Source: a virus (lineage: Duplodnaviria; Heunggongvirae; Uroviricota; Caudoviricetes). From it: 19,594 nucleotides of DNA. The stretch is taken from positions 165,573 to 185,166 of the IMG/VR virus record IMGVR_UViG_3300017707_001811, one strand, 5' to 3'. A program made the translations under genes and the position numbers. The notes beneath the pieces are model-generated. The model ran no database searches and had not been told where the DNA came from. It saw only the letters and a list, made by a program, of their open reading frames with translations. Position 1 is the first letter of the stretch, and each line of letters opens with the position of its first letter. Shown here in pieces: positions 1-8,198 of the stretch.

Positions 1-2
1 CA

Positions 3-1442
3 TCATCGGGAAATGGATATTCAGGGACCGCAAATCAATATCCTGCAAATTACAATAATGTATGGGGTATAGGAGCAACATCACAAAGTGATGTAAGGGC
101 AAGTTTTTCTAATTATGGTCAGATTTGTGATATATCTGCACCTGGTGTTTCAATTAGAACTGTAGACAGACCAGGAACTGCGGGATATAATACAGGTGAT
201 TATACATCAATCAGTGGAACATCATTTTCATGTCCAATATTTGCGGCTTCTGCGGCATTTTGTTTTTATAAAAATTGGGAACTAACTGATGACCAAATAT
301 TACAAATACTTTCATCTACCGCTGAAAAAGTAGGTGGATATATCTATTCTAATAACTCCAACTGGCCTTACTCAACTAGAAGTAACGAACTTGGTTATGG
401 TAGAATTAATTTAAGAGATGCTATTATTGCAACTCCAAATCCTGGAGGAACACCACCTCCACCACCTCCTCCTCCATCCTTGGTACATAATTTCTTAATT
501 AGTTCAATAAGTGTTATACCAAATTCAGTTAATACAAACTCAAATATTACGATAAATTGTAATATTGGAACACAAAACCCAACATATCCTGAAGTAACGG
601 TTATGACTCAATATAGAATATCAAACAATGCAATTTGGGGTGATTCTGATGATATTGTAATAGGGACTACTTCAAATAATTTAGGAGGAGGAACATCTAA
701 TCAAAATGATACGCTAACTTATAATGTTGGTTCATTACCTGGCAATAGATATGTGTTAGCAAAGGTTAATTATATGGGTAGTGTTACTGAAACAAATCAG
801 AATGATAATAATGCTCAATCTCAGTTTACAATTATACAAACTGTAGAACCTGGAACTGATGCTTTGGCATTCTTCGTAACACCAACTACCCCTACATTAA
901 CAACTAGTAGTCAATCTGTAAGTTTTAGATGGGGAATTAAAAATAATGGAACAACAAATATAACATCTCTAACATATAGAAGAGGATGGGTTAATTGCCC
1001 ACCACCACCATTTCCATGGTCACAACCATGTGTACAAGTATATACTTGGAGTGGAACTTTGTTACCTGGACAAACAGTTTACTTCCCATCAAGTACTGGG
1101 TATATATCAACAAACCTGTGCTTCAGTTCAACAAGTTGTGCGATACCTGCTGGTGGTAGTAACACTTATTTTTTTGAAGTAATTTCTATTAATGGTTCTA
1201 ATACTGATAACGTTATGGATAATAACTATTCACAGTGTGTTATAACAAGAACTGCAACCGCCGTTAATAATGGAAATGTATCTGATATTGATTTTGTTGA
1301 AATTAGGTCATACAATAAATTGTATGAAAATCCTATTAAGTATAATACCATTGAAGATGCTTTGATGGAAAAAGGGCTTAACTTTATATACATACATTAC
1401 TCTGATGGAACAATCGAGGTTAAAAAAATATGGCAAGACTAA
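3..1442 (+). CDS. S8 (subtilisin-family) serine protease, 5'-truncated, with poly-Pro linker, CARDB/Ig-like domains and a possible T9SS-type C-terminal domain
   Basis: Frame 3 is open from the window start, so the listed ORF 480..1442 (TTG start) is only the C-terminal part. Manual translation gives SSGNG (oxyanion-hole region), YPA..NVWGIGAT, ASFSNYG..DISAPG and the catalytic-Ser motif GTSFSCP (216-236). Eight Pro (453-476) follow, then beta-rich Thr/Asn-rich domains (VNYMGSVTETNQNDNN, CARDB-like). Confidence 0.9.
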   Translation, partial: SSGNGYSGTANQYPANYNNVWGIGATSQSDVRASFSNYGQICDISAPGVSIRTVDRPGTAGYNTGDYTSISGTSFSCPIFAASAAFCFYKNWELTDDQILQILSSTAEKVGGYIYSNNSNWPYSTRSNELGYGRINLRDAIIATPNPGGTPPPPPPPPSLVHNFLISSISVIPNSVNTNSNITINCNIGTQNPTYPEVTVMTQYRISNNAIWGDSDDIVIGTTSNNLGGGTSNQNDTLTYNVGSLPGNRYVLAKVNYMGSVTETNQNDNNAQSQFTIIQTVEPGTDALAFFVTPTTPTLTTSSQSVSFRWGIKNNGTTNITSLTYRRGWVNCPPPPFPWSQPCVQVYTWSGTLLPGQTVYFPSSTGYISTNLCFSSTSCAIPAGGSNTYFFEVISINGSNTDNVMDNNYSQCVITRTATAVNNGNVSDIDFVEIRSYNKLYENPIKYNTIEDALMEKGLNFIYIHYSDGTIEVKKIWQD

Positions 1443-1462
1443 AGTAATTTAATTATAAGTTT

Positions 1463-1489
1463 AAAAAGGTAGGGTAACCTACCTTTTTT
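1463..1489 (+). terminator. Intrinsic terminator, probably bidirectional
   Basis: Perfect inverted repeat AAAAAGGTAGG-GTAA-CCTACCTTTTT plus T, 20 nt after the S8 stop codon. Confidence 0.85.
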
Positions 1490-1501
1490 ATTTTAAAAAA
1501 G

Positions 1502-1509
1502 TATTTATA
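1502..1509 (+). promoter_or_regulatory. TATTTATA motif (candidate phage promoter or initiation element)
   Basis: TATTTAT ends 16 nt before ATG 1525, just after a terminator. The same motif precedes many unit-leading genes in the window. Confidence 0.5.
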
Positions 1510-1524
1510 AAATAAATTAAGGTT

Positions 1525-2070
1525 ATGAAAAAATATTCAGTAGAAGAACTAAAGAAAAAATTTGAAGAATTAGGATATAAATGGTATCCATTTATGTTAA
1601 TTGGTATCCGCTCAAAAGAAAATAAACCTAATGTATTTGATGATTTGATTGGGGTAGTTGAAAATGATAAAATAAATTGGTATACTGCAACAACAAATCC
1701 TGGAACACATTGGTTAAAAAATCTTTTAAATCCTAAAGGAGCCGCACTTTTAAAACATGGACAATGGGTCGATTCATGGAAAATCGGGTTACACCAAGGA
1801 AAGTACGAGGCTTTAACCCAAATTAAACCAATTACAGTTTATAGAGATGGTGATAAAGATATTATTGCGGAAGAAACTAAAATAACAGATACTGGTTTAT
1901 TTGGAATTAATATTCACAGAGCTAACTCTAGTGCTATCTCAAAACTAATTGATAAATGGTCTGCGGGATGTCAAGTTTTAAATAATCCTAAAGAATTTGC
2001 GGAATTATTGTCAAAATGTAAATCGTCAGGTCTTAAAACTTTTACATATACGTTATTGAACGAATTTTAA
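1525..2070 (+). CDS. YkuD-like L,D-transpeptidase / peptidoglycan-active Cys enzyme
   Basis: GINIH131RA...WSAGC149QV matches the H-x14-17-[ST]xGC catalytic motif of the YkuD fold. No signal peptide is evident. Confidence 0.7.
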   Translation: MKKYSVEELKKKFEELGYKWYPFMLIGIRSKENKPNVFDDLIGVVENDKINWYTATTNPGTHWLKNLLNPKGAALLKHGQWVDSWKIGLHQGKYEALTQIKPITVYRDGDKDIIAEETKITDTGLFGINIHRANSSAISKLIDKWSAGCQVLNNPKEFAELLSKCKSSGLKTFTYTLLNEF

Positions 2071-2094
2071 AAAAAATAATTTTAAAAAAAATAT

Positions 2095-2117
2095 AAGGGT
2101 CTATTGACCCTTTTTTT
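2095..2117 (+). terminator. Intrinsic terminator
   Basis: AAGGGTC-TATT-GACCCTT stem-loop running into a T-tract, downstream of stop 2070. Confidence 0.8.
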
Positions 2118-2128
2118 ATTTATAAAAA

Positions 2129-2157
2129 TTGACTAATAAAACTAACCTAATTATAAT
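2129..2157 (+). promoter_or_regulatory. Sigma70-type promoter (TTGACT-N17-TATAAT)
   Basis: TTGACT at 2129-2134, 17-nt spacer, TATAAT at 2152-2157. ATG 2164 lies 6 nt after the -10 box. Heads the 2164-6266 gene run. Confidence 0.7.
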
Positions 2158-2163
2158 TGTGAC

Positions 2164-2337
2164 ATGAGTTATTCTAATGAAGATTATATTGAAGAACTTA
2201 TGTGGTTAGCACATAATGAAAACATCGGAGATGAACTTATTAAATTAGTTGATAAGTACACAAATATTAATAAATTAAGTAGAGTTGACGCATTCACTTT
2301 GGCTAGTAAAGAACTTGGTCTAAAAATACCTGATTAA
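2164..2337 (+). CDS. Small hypothetical protein (57 aa), not in the ORF track
   Basis: Manual translation MSYSNEDYIEELMWLAHNENIGDELIKLVDKYTNINKLSRVDAFTLASKELGLKIPD*. Fills the gap between the promoter and the glnII start (stop 2 nt before ATG 2340). Confidence 0.75.
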   Translation: MSYSNEDYIEELMWLAHNENIGDELIKLVDKYTNINKLSRVDAFTLASKELGLKIPD

Positions 2338-2339
2338 TA

Positions 2340-3359
2340 ATGATATATAAATTTGAATACATTTGGTTAGATGGATATACTCCCGAACCAAACCTTAGAA
2401 GTAAAACAAAGGTAATTAACTTCACAAAAGAAGATTTTACAATAACAGACCTACCAATATGGAGTTTTGATGGCTCATCAACAAAACAAGCTGAAGGTAT
2501 TGACTCAGATTGTCTTTTGAAACCTGTTAAAATGATTAAAGACCCACAAAGAAAGAATGGGTATCTTGTATTGTGTGAAGTCTTAAATGTTGATGAAACT
2601 CCACATGAGTCAAATATGAGAGCAAAGGTTGCGGATGACCCAAATCTTTGGCTTGGTTTTGAGCAAGAGTTCTTCATTTATAAAGATGGATTACCATTAG
2701 GGCATAATGGTATAACACCAAAACCACAAGGAGAATACTATTGTGGAATTGGTTCGGAAAACATTTCAGGACGAGATATTATTGAACATCATTTGGACCT
2801 ATGTTTGGCCGCAGGACTTAATATGACAGGAATCAATGCTGAAGTGGCACTCGGTCAATGGGAATTCCAAGTTATGGGTAAAGGAGCTCTTGATGCTTGC
2901 GACCAACTAACACTTGCAAGATACATTCTTAATAGGCTTTCAGAGTCTTACAAAGTGTCAATTGAATATCACCCAAAACCACTTGGTGATACAGATTGGA
3001 ATGGGTCAGGAATGCACACAAATTTCTCAACCAAACAAATGAGAGAAGAAGGCGGAAAGGAACTATTTGATGAAATCTTCCGTGTATTTAAAACAAACCA
3101 CGACAAACATATTTCGGTTTATGGTTCAGATAATGAACAAAGACTTACAGGTAAACATGAAACTCAGTCTATTGATAAGTTTAGTTGGGGTGTGAGTGAC
3201 AGAGGTGCATCAATTCGTATTCCACAAACCACAGTTAAAAACGGATGGAGAGGTTATTTGGAAGATAGAAGACCAGCATCAAATGCTTGTCCTTATATGA
3301 TTACAAAACAAATTTCAGAATCATTAAAATTGGCTCAAAATAATTTTAGTTTTGTTTAA
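2340..3359 (+). CDS. glnII: Glutamine synthetase type II (GSII)
   Basis: EYIWLDG, WSFDGSSTKQAEG..SDC.LKP, GFEQE, PQGEYYC, GINAEV..GQWEFQV, HPKP...DWNGSGMHTNFST, RLTGKHET, DRGASIRIP and GYLEDRRPASN motifs. 339 aa is typical GSII size. Confidence 0.95.
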   Translation: MIYKFEYIWLDGYTPEPNLRSKTKVINFTKEDFTITDLPIWSFDGSSTKQAEGIDSDCLLKPVKMIKDPQRKNGYLVLCEVLNVDETPHESNMRAKVADDPNLWLGFEQEFFIYKDGLPLGHNGITPKPQGEYYCGIGSENISGRDIIEHHLDLCLAAGLNMTGINAEVALGQWEFQVMGKGALDACDQLTLARYILNRLSESYKVSIEYHPKPLGDTDWNGSGMHTNFSTKQMREEGGKELFDEIFRVFKTNHDKHISVYGSDNEQRLTGKHETQSIDKFSWGVSDRGASIRIPQTTVKNGWRGYLEDRRPASNACPYMITKQISESLKLAQNNFSFV

Positions 3360-3811
3360 TGGAGTTAATTACCACATATATATGTAAAAAAGGTGACATC
3401 GGGATTCACGATAATATGTTCGGAGGTTTATTACTTGGACTTATTGATGATGCCGCTGCTTCATACGCTTCACAAATTTGTGATACACAAAAAATAGTTA
3501 CTCTTAAAATAGATGAACTATTATTTAAAAGACCAGTAAAAGTTGGAAGTATTTTAAAAGTTTATGGTGATGTGGTTTCTTTTGGTAATACATCCGTAAC
3601 ACTTTACATTGAAGTAAGGAAACATAATGTCTATACTGGCGAACAAGATATAGTCACTCAAACCAAAATAGTATTTGTTAGAATTGATGAAGACGGAAAA
3701 CCAAGACCGATTCATCAACACGTTAAAGAGAGATATTGGGATAGAAAAGAAAAATTCGGAAAAGGATTACTCACACCTGAAGAAAAAATAAATAATGAAT
3801 CCACAAGATAA
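3359..3811 (+). CDS. Acyl-CoA thioesterase, hotdog fold (YciA-like)
   Basis: DIGIHDNMFGGLLLGLIDDAA helix motif, FKRPVKVGSIL, SFGNTSVTLYIEV, and FVRIDEDGKPRPI. Confidence 0.88.
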   Translation: MELITTYICKKGDIGIHDNMFGGLLLGLIDDAAASYASQICDTQKIVTLKIDELLFKRPVKVGSILKVYGDVVSFGNTSVTLYIEVRKHNVYTGEQDIVTQTKIVFVRIDEDGKPRPIHQHVKERYWDRKEKFGKGLLTPEEKINNESTR

Positions 3812-4088
3812 ATTATATTTAAAACTAATCAAAGAAAGGTTAATACCTAAATATGGATTAGATTTTAATAAAGTTTCATTTCAATACAGAGATAATCTAT
3901 TATCTGTTTATTATTTAGTTAGTCATGTTGAGCAAGATAAAGTTTATGAATATTATAAAGTTATAGAAAAATTTTATGAAGAGGCTAACCTATTGTGTAG
4001 AGTCGTGACTCAAAATAATTTAAACACTTTTAGAGTTTTTTGTGACGTATTTAATAATGAAAAACATAATTTATTACTATCTGTATGA
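3795..4088 (+). CDS. Hypothetical protein (97 aa)
   Basis: ORF overlapping both neighbours in the operon. No recognisable motif. Confidence 0.7.
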   Translation: MNPQDKLYLKLIKERLIPKYGLDFNKVSFQYRDNLLSVYYLVSHVEQDKVYEYYKVIEKFYEEANLLCRVVTQNNLNTFRVFCDVFNNEKHNLLLSV

Positions 4089-4453
4089 CTGAGATTTATC
4101 CATATTACGAAATTAAAAACTTTGTAAATCAATTTTGTTTGTCCAAAGAAGAATTAATGGAATCACAAGGATGGACTATTGAGTCCAGACCATGTGAAAA
4201 AACAGATAAAAAGTATGATACTTCAGTAAGAGAAATTGACGATAGATATTTTTATCTTACAACAAATGGTAAAAAAATAATTAATAAGGATTATCTTTTT
4301 GTTACTAAACTTAATAATTCTAAAACTATGAGAGTTATTAATAAAACTTTAAACAAGTATGGTTTTATAGTTAATAAAGATGGATTAATTTTAAACGTTA
4401 AAGAAAATGCTACACAGTTACTTGTTGATGAATCTTTTTTTGGTAATGATTAG
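4085..4453 (+). CDS. Hypothetical protein (122 aa)
   Basis: ATGA overlap with the upstream stop. No recognisable motif. Confidence 0.7.
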   Translation: MTEIYPYYEIKNFVNQFCLSKEELMESQGWTIESRPCEKTDKKYDTSVREIDDRYFYLTTNGKKIINKDYLFVTKLNNSKTMRVINKTLNKYGFIVNKDGLILNVKENATQLLVDESFFGND

Positions 4454-4574
4454 AATGTATTTATATTCATTTAAAGTACCAAAACCTTTATTTAAAGAAG
4501 AGTTAAATGAATATTTGAGACATATATTAAACGCAACAATTATTTGGTTAATTTTAATATTTTTATTTTTTTGA
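4446..4574 (+). CDS. Possible small membrane protein (42 aa), not in the ORF track
   Basis: MIRMYLYSFKVPKPLFKEELNEYLRHILNATIIWLILIFLFF*. Fills the gap exactly (stop 1 nt before ATG 4576) and has a hydrophobic C-terminus. Confidence 0.45.
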   Translation: MIRMYLYSFKVPKPLFKEELNEYLRHILNATIIWLILIFLFF

Positions 4575-4575
4575 T

Positions 4576-5259
4576 ATGAATGTTATAGTTTTAGGTGGAA
4601 CAGGGCTCTTAGGCTCCGAGTTCAAAAAAAATAGTGATTTTATACTTTGTGGTAGTGAAGTTGACATTAGAAGTGAAAATGAACTTTTTTTAAAGTTAGA
4701 TTCATTAAGACCAAAAATAATTCTATTAGCGGCTGCGAAAACTAATTCAGTTGAGATTGATAATAATCCTATTGATGCTATTGAAACTAATATAAAAGGT
4801 ACTGCTAATGTTGTTAAATACTGTATTAAAAATAATATTAGACTTGTATATATTTCTACTGACTATGTCTATAACCCAAAGGGAACGGAACATAGAGAAA
4901 ACGATTCTTTAAATCCTTTTAATTATTATGCTTGGACAAAATTAGGTGGAGAATGTTCAGTTAGAGGACATAAAAATTCCCTAATAATAAGGACTTCTTT
5001 TGGTTCCCAAGAGTATCCATATGAATTTGCATATACAAATAGATTGGTCAATAAAGACTATGTTGATGTGATAGCACCAATGATAAGAGATTTGACTTTA
5101 TCTAATGAAACAGGTATAATAAACGTTGGAACCGATGTAAAAACACTGTTTCAGTATGCTACTCAGAGGAATCCAAATGTTAAACCATTAAGACAATTAA
5201 TTCCCAATGATTTTACAATGGACTTAAATAAACTAAGAAGATTAAAATATATTAAATGA
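4576..5259 (+). CDS. rmlD: dTDP-4-dehydrorhamnose reductase-like (RmlD-family extended SDR), shortened
   Basis: Rossmann GGTGLLG, ETNIKGTANV, ISTDYVY and catalytic YxxxK (YAWTK). 227 aa is shorter than typical RmlD, so the substrate is uncertain. Confidence 0.8.
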   Translation: MNVIVLGGTGLLGSEFKKNSDFILCGSEVDIRSENELFLKLDSLRPKIILLAAAKTNSVEIDNNPIDAIETNIKGTANVVKYCIKNNIRLVYISTDYVYNPKGTEHRENDSLNPFNYYAWTKLGGECSVRGHKNSLIIRTSFGSQEYPYEFAYTNRLVNKDYVDVIAPMIRDLTLSNETGIINVGTDVKTLFQYATQRNPNVKPLRQLIPNDFTMDLNKLRRLKYIK

Positions 5260-6266
5260 TTAAATATGCAGATGTAATTGTAGACCTACAAGCTGGGGAT
5301 ACTGGAAAAGGGAAAGTATGTAATACCTTATCAAAGATTGATAATGAATATACTCATGTTATCCGATATAATGGAGGAGGTAATGCGGGTCACACAATTT
5401 ATAAAGACGGTAAAAAAATGGTAACGCATTTTATACCATCAGGAATTGTTAATGGTATAAAATCAATAATAGGTCCTGGATGTGTATTAAATGTAGAATC
5501 TTTAATGAAAGAAATTGAAACACTTGAAAAAGAAGGTGTTGAAATTAAAGGAAAACTTTTTATAGATAAAAGAGTTAATTTAATAACTGATGAACATCTT
5601 ATAGAAGAATTTAATGAAAGTAAAATAGGGACAACGAAAACAGGTAATGGTCCCGCATATAGGGACAAATATTTTAGAAAGGGAAAACGAGTTGAAGATA
5701 ATAGCGAGTTATTAAAAGATTATATAATTGACATCTATCAGGAATTACACGGTAACTCAGATAGTAAAATATTATTTGAAGGGGCACAAGGATTTGAACT
5801 TGATATTGATTGGGGTGATTACCCTTATGTGACATCATCACATTGTACTGTTGGAAGTGCTATTTTAAACGGAGTTCCACCACAAAAAATAAGAAAAGTT
5901 TATGGAGTTGCAAAGGCTTATAATACTTATGTTGGCTCTAAAAAATTTGAAGATAATAGTGATATATTTGATAAAATTAGAGAATTAGGTAATGAGTACG
6001 GCTCAACTACTGGTAGAGCTAGACAAATTAAATGGACAAATATTGATGACCTAGTAAAGGCATCAAATATAAATGGAGTAACTCATTTAATTATTAATAA
6101 AATAGACATACTTGAAAGTATTGGGCAATTTACAATAGTGGTTAATGGATTCCCAAGAACGTTTAATAACAAAGATTTCTTTCAAAATTTTATTGAGGAC
6201 ACAATGAAAAGATATTGTCCATTAATACAAGAAGTTATTTTTAGTTCTTATGCGGACGTAATATAA
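5256..6266 (+). CDS. purA: Adenylosuccinate synthetase, compact form (336 aa)
   Basis: DLQAGD15TGKGK, GGGNAGH46T, IGTTKTGNGPAYRDK, FEGAQG, GDYPYVTSS, EYGSTTGRAR (Asp-binding loop) and NKID (GTP-binding K-x-D). Confidence 0.9.
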   Translation: MIKYADVIVDLQAGDTGKGKVCNTLSKIDNEYTHVIRYNGGGNAGHTIYKDGKKMVTHFIPSGIVNGIKSIIGPGCVLNVESLMKEIETLEKEGVEIKGKLFIDKRVNLITDEHLIEEFNESKIGTTKTGNGPAYRDKYFRKGKRVEDNSELLKDYIIDIYQELHGNSDSKILFEGAQGFELDIDWGDYPYVTSSHCTVGSAILNGVPPQKIRKVYGVAKAYNTYVGSKKFEDNSDIFDKIRELGNEYGSTTGRARQIKWTNIDDLVKASNINGVTHLIINKIDILESIGQFTIVVNGFPRTFNNKDFFQNFIEDTMKRYCPLIQEVIFSSYADVI

Positions 6267-6843
6267 TCCTAATATATTTAGATTTTTTTTCAATAAAGGA
6301 CACTAAAAATTGAATTTCAGGTATATCAGTTGGGTCTATTAAAGTATAGTTAGACATAATATTGTCCCAAGATTCATTGTCAACATAAAAATTTAAATCA
6401 AAATTTGTATATAAAACGTTGGCAGTTTTAGGTATTGATAAATTTAAATTAGAAACATTATATTTAACACCATCAATTGTTAGAGTATGTATTGATGAAA
6501 GTTTTTTATCAATCTTTTCTAAAATATTATTTGAAGCGTAAAAATAAAATAAACCCATACTATTTTCATTATCTTCTAAATCTATTAAACTGACATAAAT
6601 TTTTTCAGGTACTGTGGAAATCCTAAAAAAAGTCCCAACTCTTTCACTAATATATGAAATTAGTTCATCACCGCTGATAAAGTAAGATGATGGCATTTTT
6701 ACTATTTTATAGTATAAAGTTATTGAATTGAAAAAGGTTGATATAAACAAATCTGAAAATTCAAATTTATATCCATTAACTTCAATTTCGTTTAAAGATG
6801 ATACCGATAATAGTTTTATTATGTTTTGTTTTGTTAATTTCAT
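6241..6843 (-). CDS. Hypothetical protein (200 aa), probable paralog of 17530..18237
   Basis: Long ORF convergent with purA (26-nt overlap). Shares EIEVNGYK/DIDVNGLK and FYFYASNNIL/FYIPNVLE segments with 17530..18237 by eye. Confidence 0.7.
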   Translation of the reverse strand: MKLTKQNIIKLLSVSSLNEIEVNGYKFEFSDLFISTFFNSITLYYKIVKMPSSYFISGDELISYISERVGTFFRISTVPEKIYVSLIDLEDNENSMGLFYFYASNNILEKIDKKLSSIHTLTIDGVKYNVSNLNLSIPKTANVLYTNFDLNFYVDNESWDNIMSNYTLIDPTDIPEIQFLVSFIEKKSKYIRIILRPHKN

Positions 6844-6923
6844 TGAATTATAATTGAATAAAATATGAGTTACAAAATTATCTTATTTAAAGTATTTTTA
6901 TTCATTTTCTATAAATACCGCTT

Positions 6924-6937
6924 TATTTATATTTATT
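6924..6937 (+). promoter_or_regulatory. Tandem overlapping TATTTAT motifs
   Basis: TATTTATATTTATT ends 3 nt before ATG 6941. A minus-strand copy (TATAAATA on +, 6910-6917) faces the divergent gene. Confidence 0.5.
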
Positions 6938-6940
6938 GAT

Positions 6941-7831
6941 ATGAGATTACTACAGGAAGAAATTAATAGAGTTAAAGAAATTATAAAAGTGATTTCTATT
7001 AATGAAAATAGTGAGAAATATTTACCATGTCAAAGATTCGGAGAACCAAAAAAAACTGTATGTAAGGCATTTAATAACTTAGGACCTTGGATTGTTGATT
7101 ATAATGGATTAGGTATGAGGAAATTAATTGATGAAAAAATTAAAAACATCCAAACAAACATACCTGAGAAAATTATTGAAAATTTTAGAGAAGGAATTGA
7201 GTTAATTAGAAAAACTGGTAAATACTCAGATTCATATATTGAGGAAAAACTCAACGACATCTCCAATAAAACACAAGTATATATAAACGGAGAGTGGAAT
7301 TATATTAATAAATTAAATACTAATTATAGAGATTTATCAGAGTTACTAACTGATGTTATTGAAAAAATTGATAAGATAGATAATGTTAGTCAGTGGTTAA
7401 ACTCAAAAAAAAGAACTGATGAAGAGGTAAAAAATTTTCTAACTAAAAGTGTTAAACCAAAATTAAAATATTGGATTAATGAGTTTTTTAAAACTTCCGA
7501 AGAGTTATTTGATTATACATATAATATAAAATATAATTCTAGCTTAGGTGAGGAAAGTGAGAATAGAATAGTTGATTTCCTTAAAGGAAATGGATTTGAA
7601 ATTTTATACCAAGGGGGTAACGGAGATTTTATCGATATGTTATTTGGGGTTGACTTGATTGTTAAAAGAGATGATTATGGTATTATCTTAATACAAGTCA
7701 AAAATAATGGACCAAAATGGGAACAACTAGGAAGATATAATGTAGATTGGGTTGCGATAGGTGACAGTAAAAAAATATACGATAAGAAAACTAAACAATT
7801 AATTGATATTACTCAATTTTATACAAAATAA
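6941..7831 (+). CDS. Leader-bearing protein with C-terminal PD-(D/E)xK nuclease-like domain
   Basis: N-terminal MRLLQEEINRVKEII..SINE leader. C-terminal GEESE helix, then IDMLFGVDLIV...LIQVK, matching restriction-endonuclease-fold motifs II and III (QxK variant). Confidence 0.6.
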   Translation: MRLLQEEINRVKEIIKVISINENSEKYLPCQRFGEPKKTVCKAFNNLGPWIVDYNGLGMRKLIDEKIKNIQTNIPEKIIENFREGIELIRKTGKYSDSYIEEKLNDISNKTQVYINGEWNYINKLNTNYRDLSELLTDVIEKIDKIDNVSQWLNSKKRTDEEVKNFLTKSVKPKLKYWINEFFKTSEELFDYTYNIKYNSSLGEESENRIVDFLKGNGFEILYQGGNGDFIDMLFGVDLIVKRDDYGIILIQVKNNGPKWEQLGRYNVDWVAIGDSKKIYDKKTKQLIDITQFYTK

Positions 7832-7833
7832 AT

Positions 7834-8013
7834 ATGAAAAAAATATTACTAATATTATCTTTTAGTGTTATGATTATGTCTTGTGACCAATCAACACATA
7901 ACTATAACTGTAAATGTGATAAAAACTGTTGTGATATTGAAAAAGACAGCATCAATACCGACCTAATGTTAGAAAGTGAATTTGAAGATGATACAATAGG
8001 GGTTAACAACTAA
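7834..8013 (+). CDS. Small Cys-rich lipoprotein (59 aa), not in the ORF track
   Basis: MKKILLILSFSVMIMS-C17-DQSTHNYNCKCDKNCCDIEKDS...: classic lipoprotein signal peptide ending in SC, then four more Cys and an acidic tail. Confidence 0.7.
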   Translation: MKKILLILSFSVMIMSCDQSTHNYNCKCDKNCCDIEKDSINTDLMLESEFEDDTIGVNN

Positions 8014-8089
8014 CAAACAACATTAAAGATATTGTGATTAATGCTAAAATTTGAAATATATTTTCAATTAACCTTTCTTTATTTTTCAT
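8003..8089 (-). CDS. Possible 28-aa hydrophobic peptide
   Basis: MKNKERLIENIFQILALITISLMLFVSC* with A-rich sequence before the ATG. Very short and could be chance. Confidence 0.25.
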   Translation of the reverse strand: MKNKERLIENIFQILALITISLMLFVSC

Positions 8090-8187
8090 TTTATATTGTT
8101 ATTAGTATGTGTAATCTAACTTTATTATAATGAAAAATATTTTTGAAATCAATACCAAGGGATGATAAAAAATCTTTTAATTTGTTA

Positions 8188-8195
8188 TATTTATT
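8188..8195 (+). promoter_or_regulatory. TATTTATT motif
   Basis: TATTTAT ends 4 nt before ATG 8199. Confidence 0.5.
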
Positions 8196-8198
8196 ATT

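Noticed and set aside
453-476. CCA/CCT-rich low-complexity tract as a DNA repeat element
   Set aside because: It simply encodes the eight-proline linker of the S8 protease.
5256-6266. Calling the PurA homolog PurZ (Z-genome phage)
   Set aside because: The catalytic Asp is retained (GDTGKG, not GSTGKG), the Asp-binding loop and GTP-type NKID are PurA-like, and no datZ, mazZ or dpoZ is in the window.
6847-6875. Minus-strand TTGTAA-N17-TATAAT upstream of 6241..6843
   Set aside because: The -10 box ends only 3 nt before the ATG, so +1 would fall inside the start codon. Such matches are plausible by chance at this AT content.
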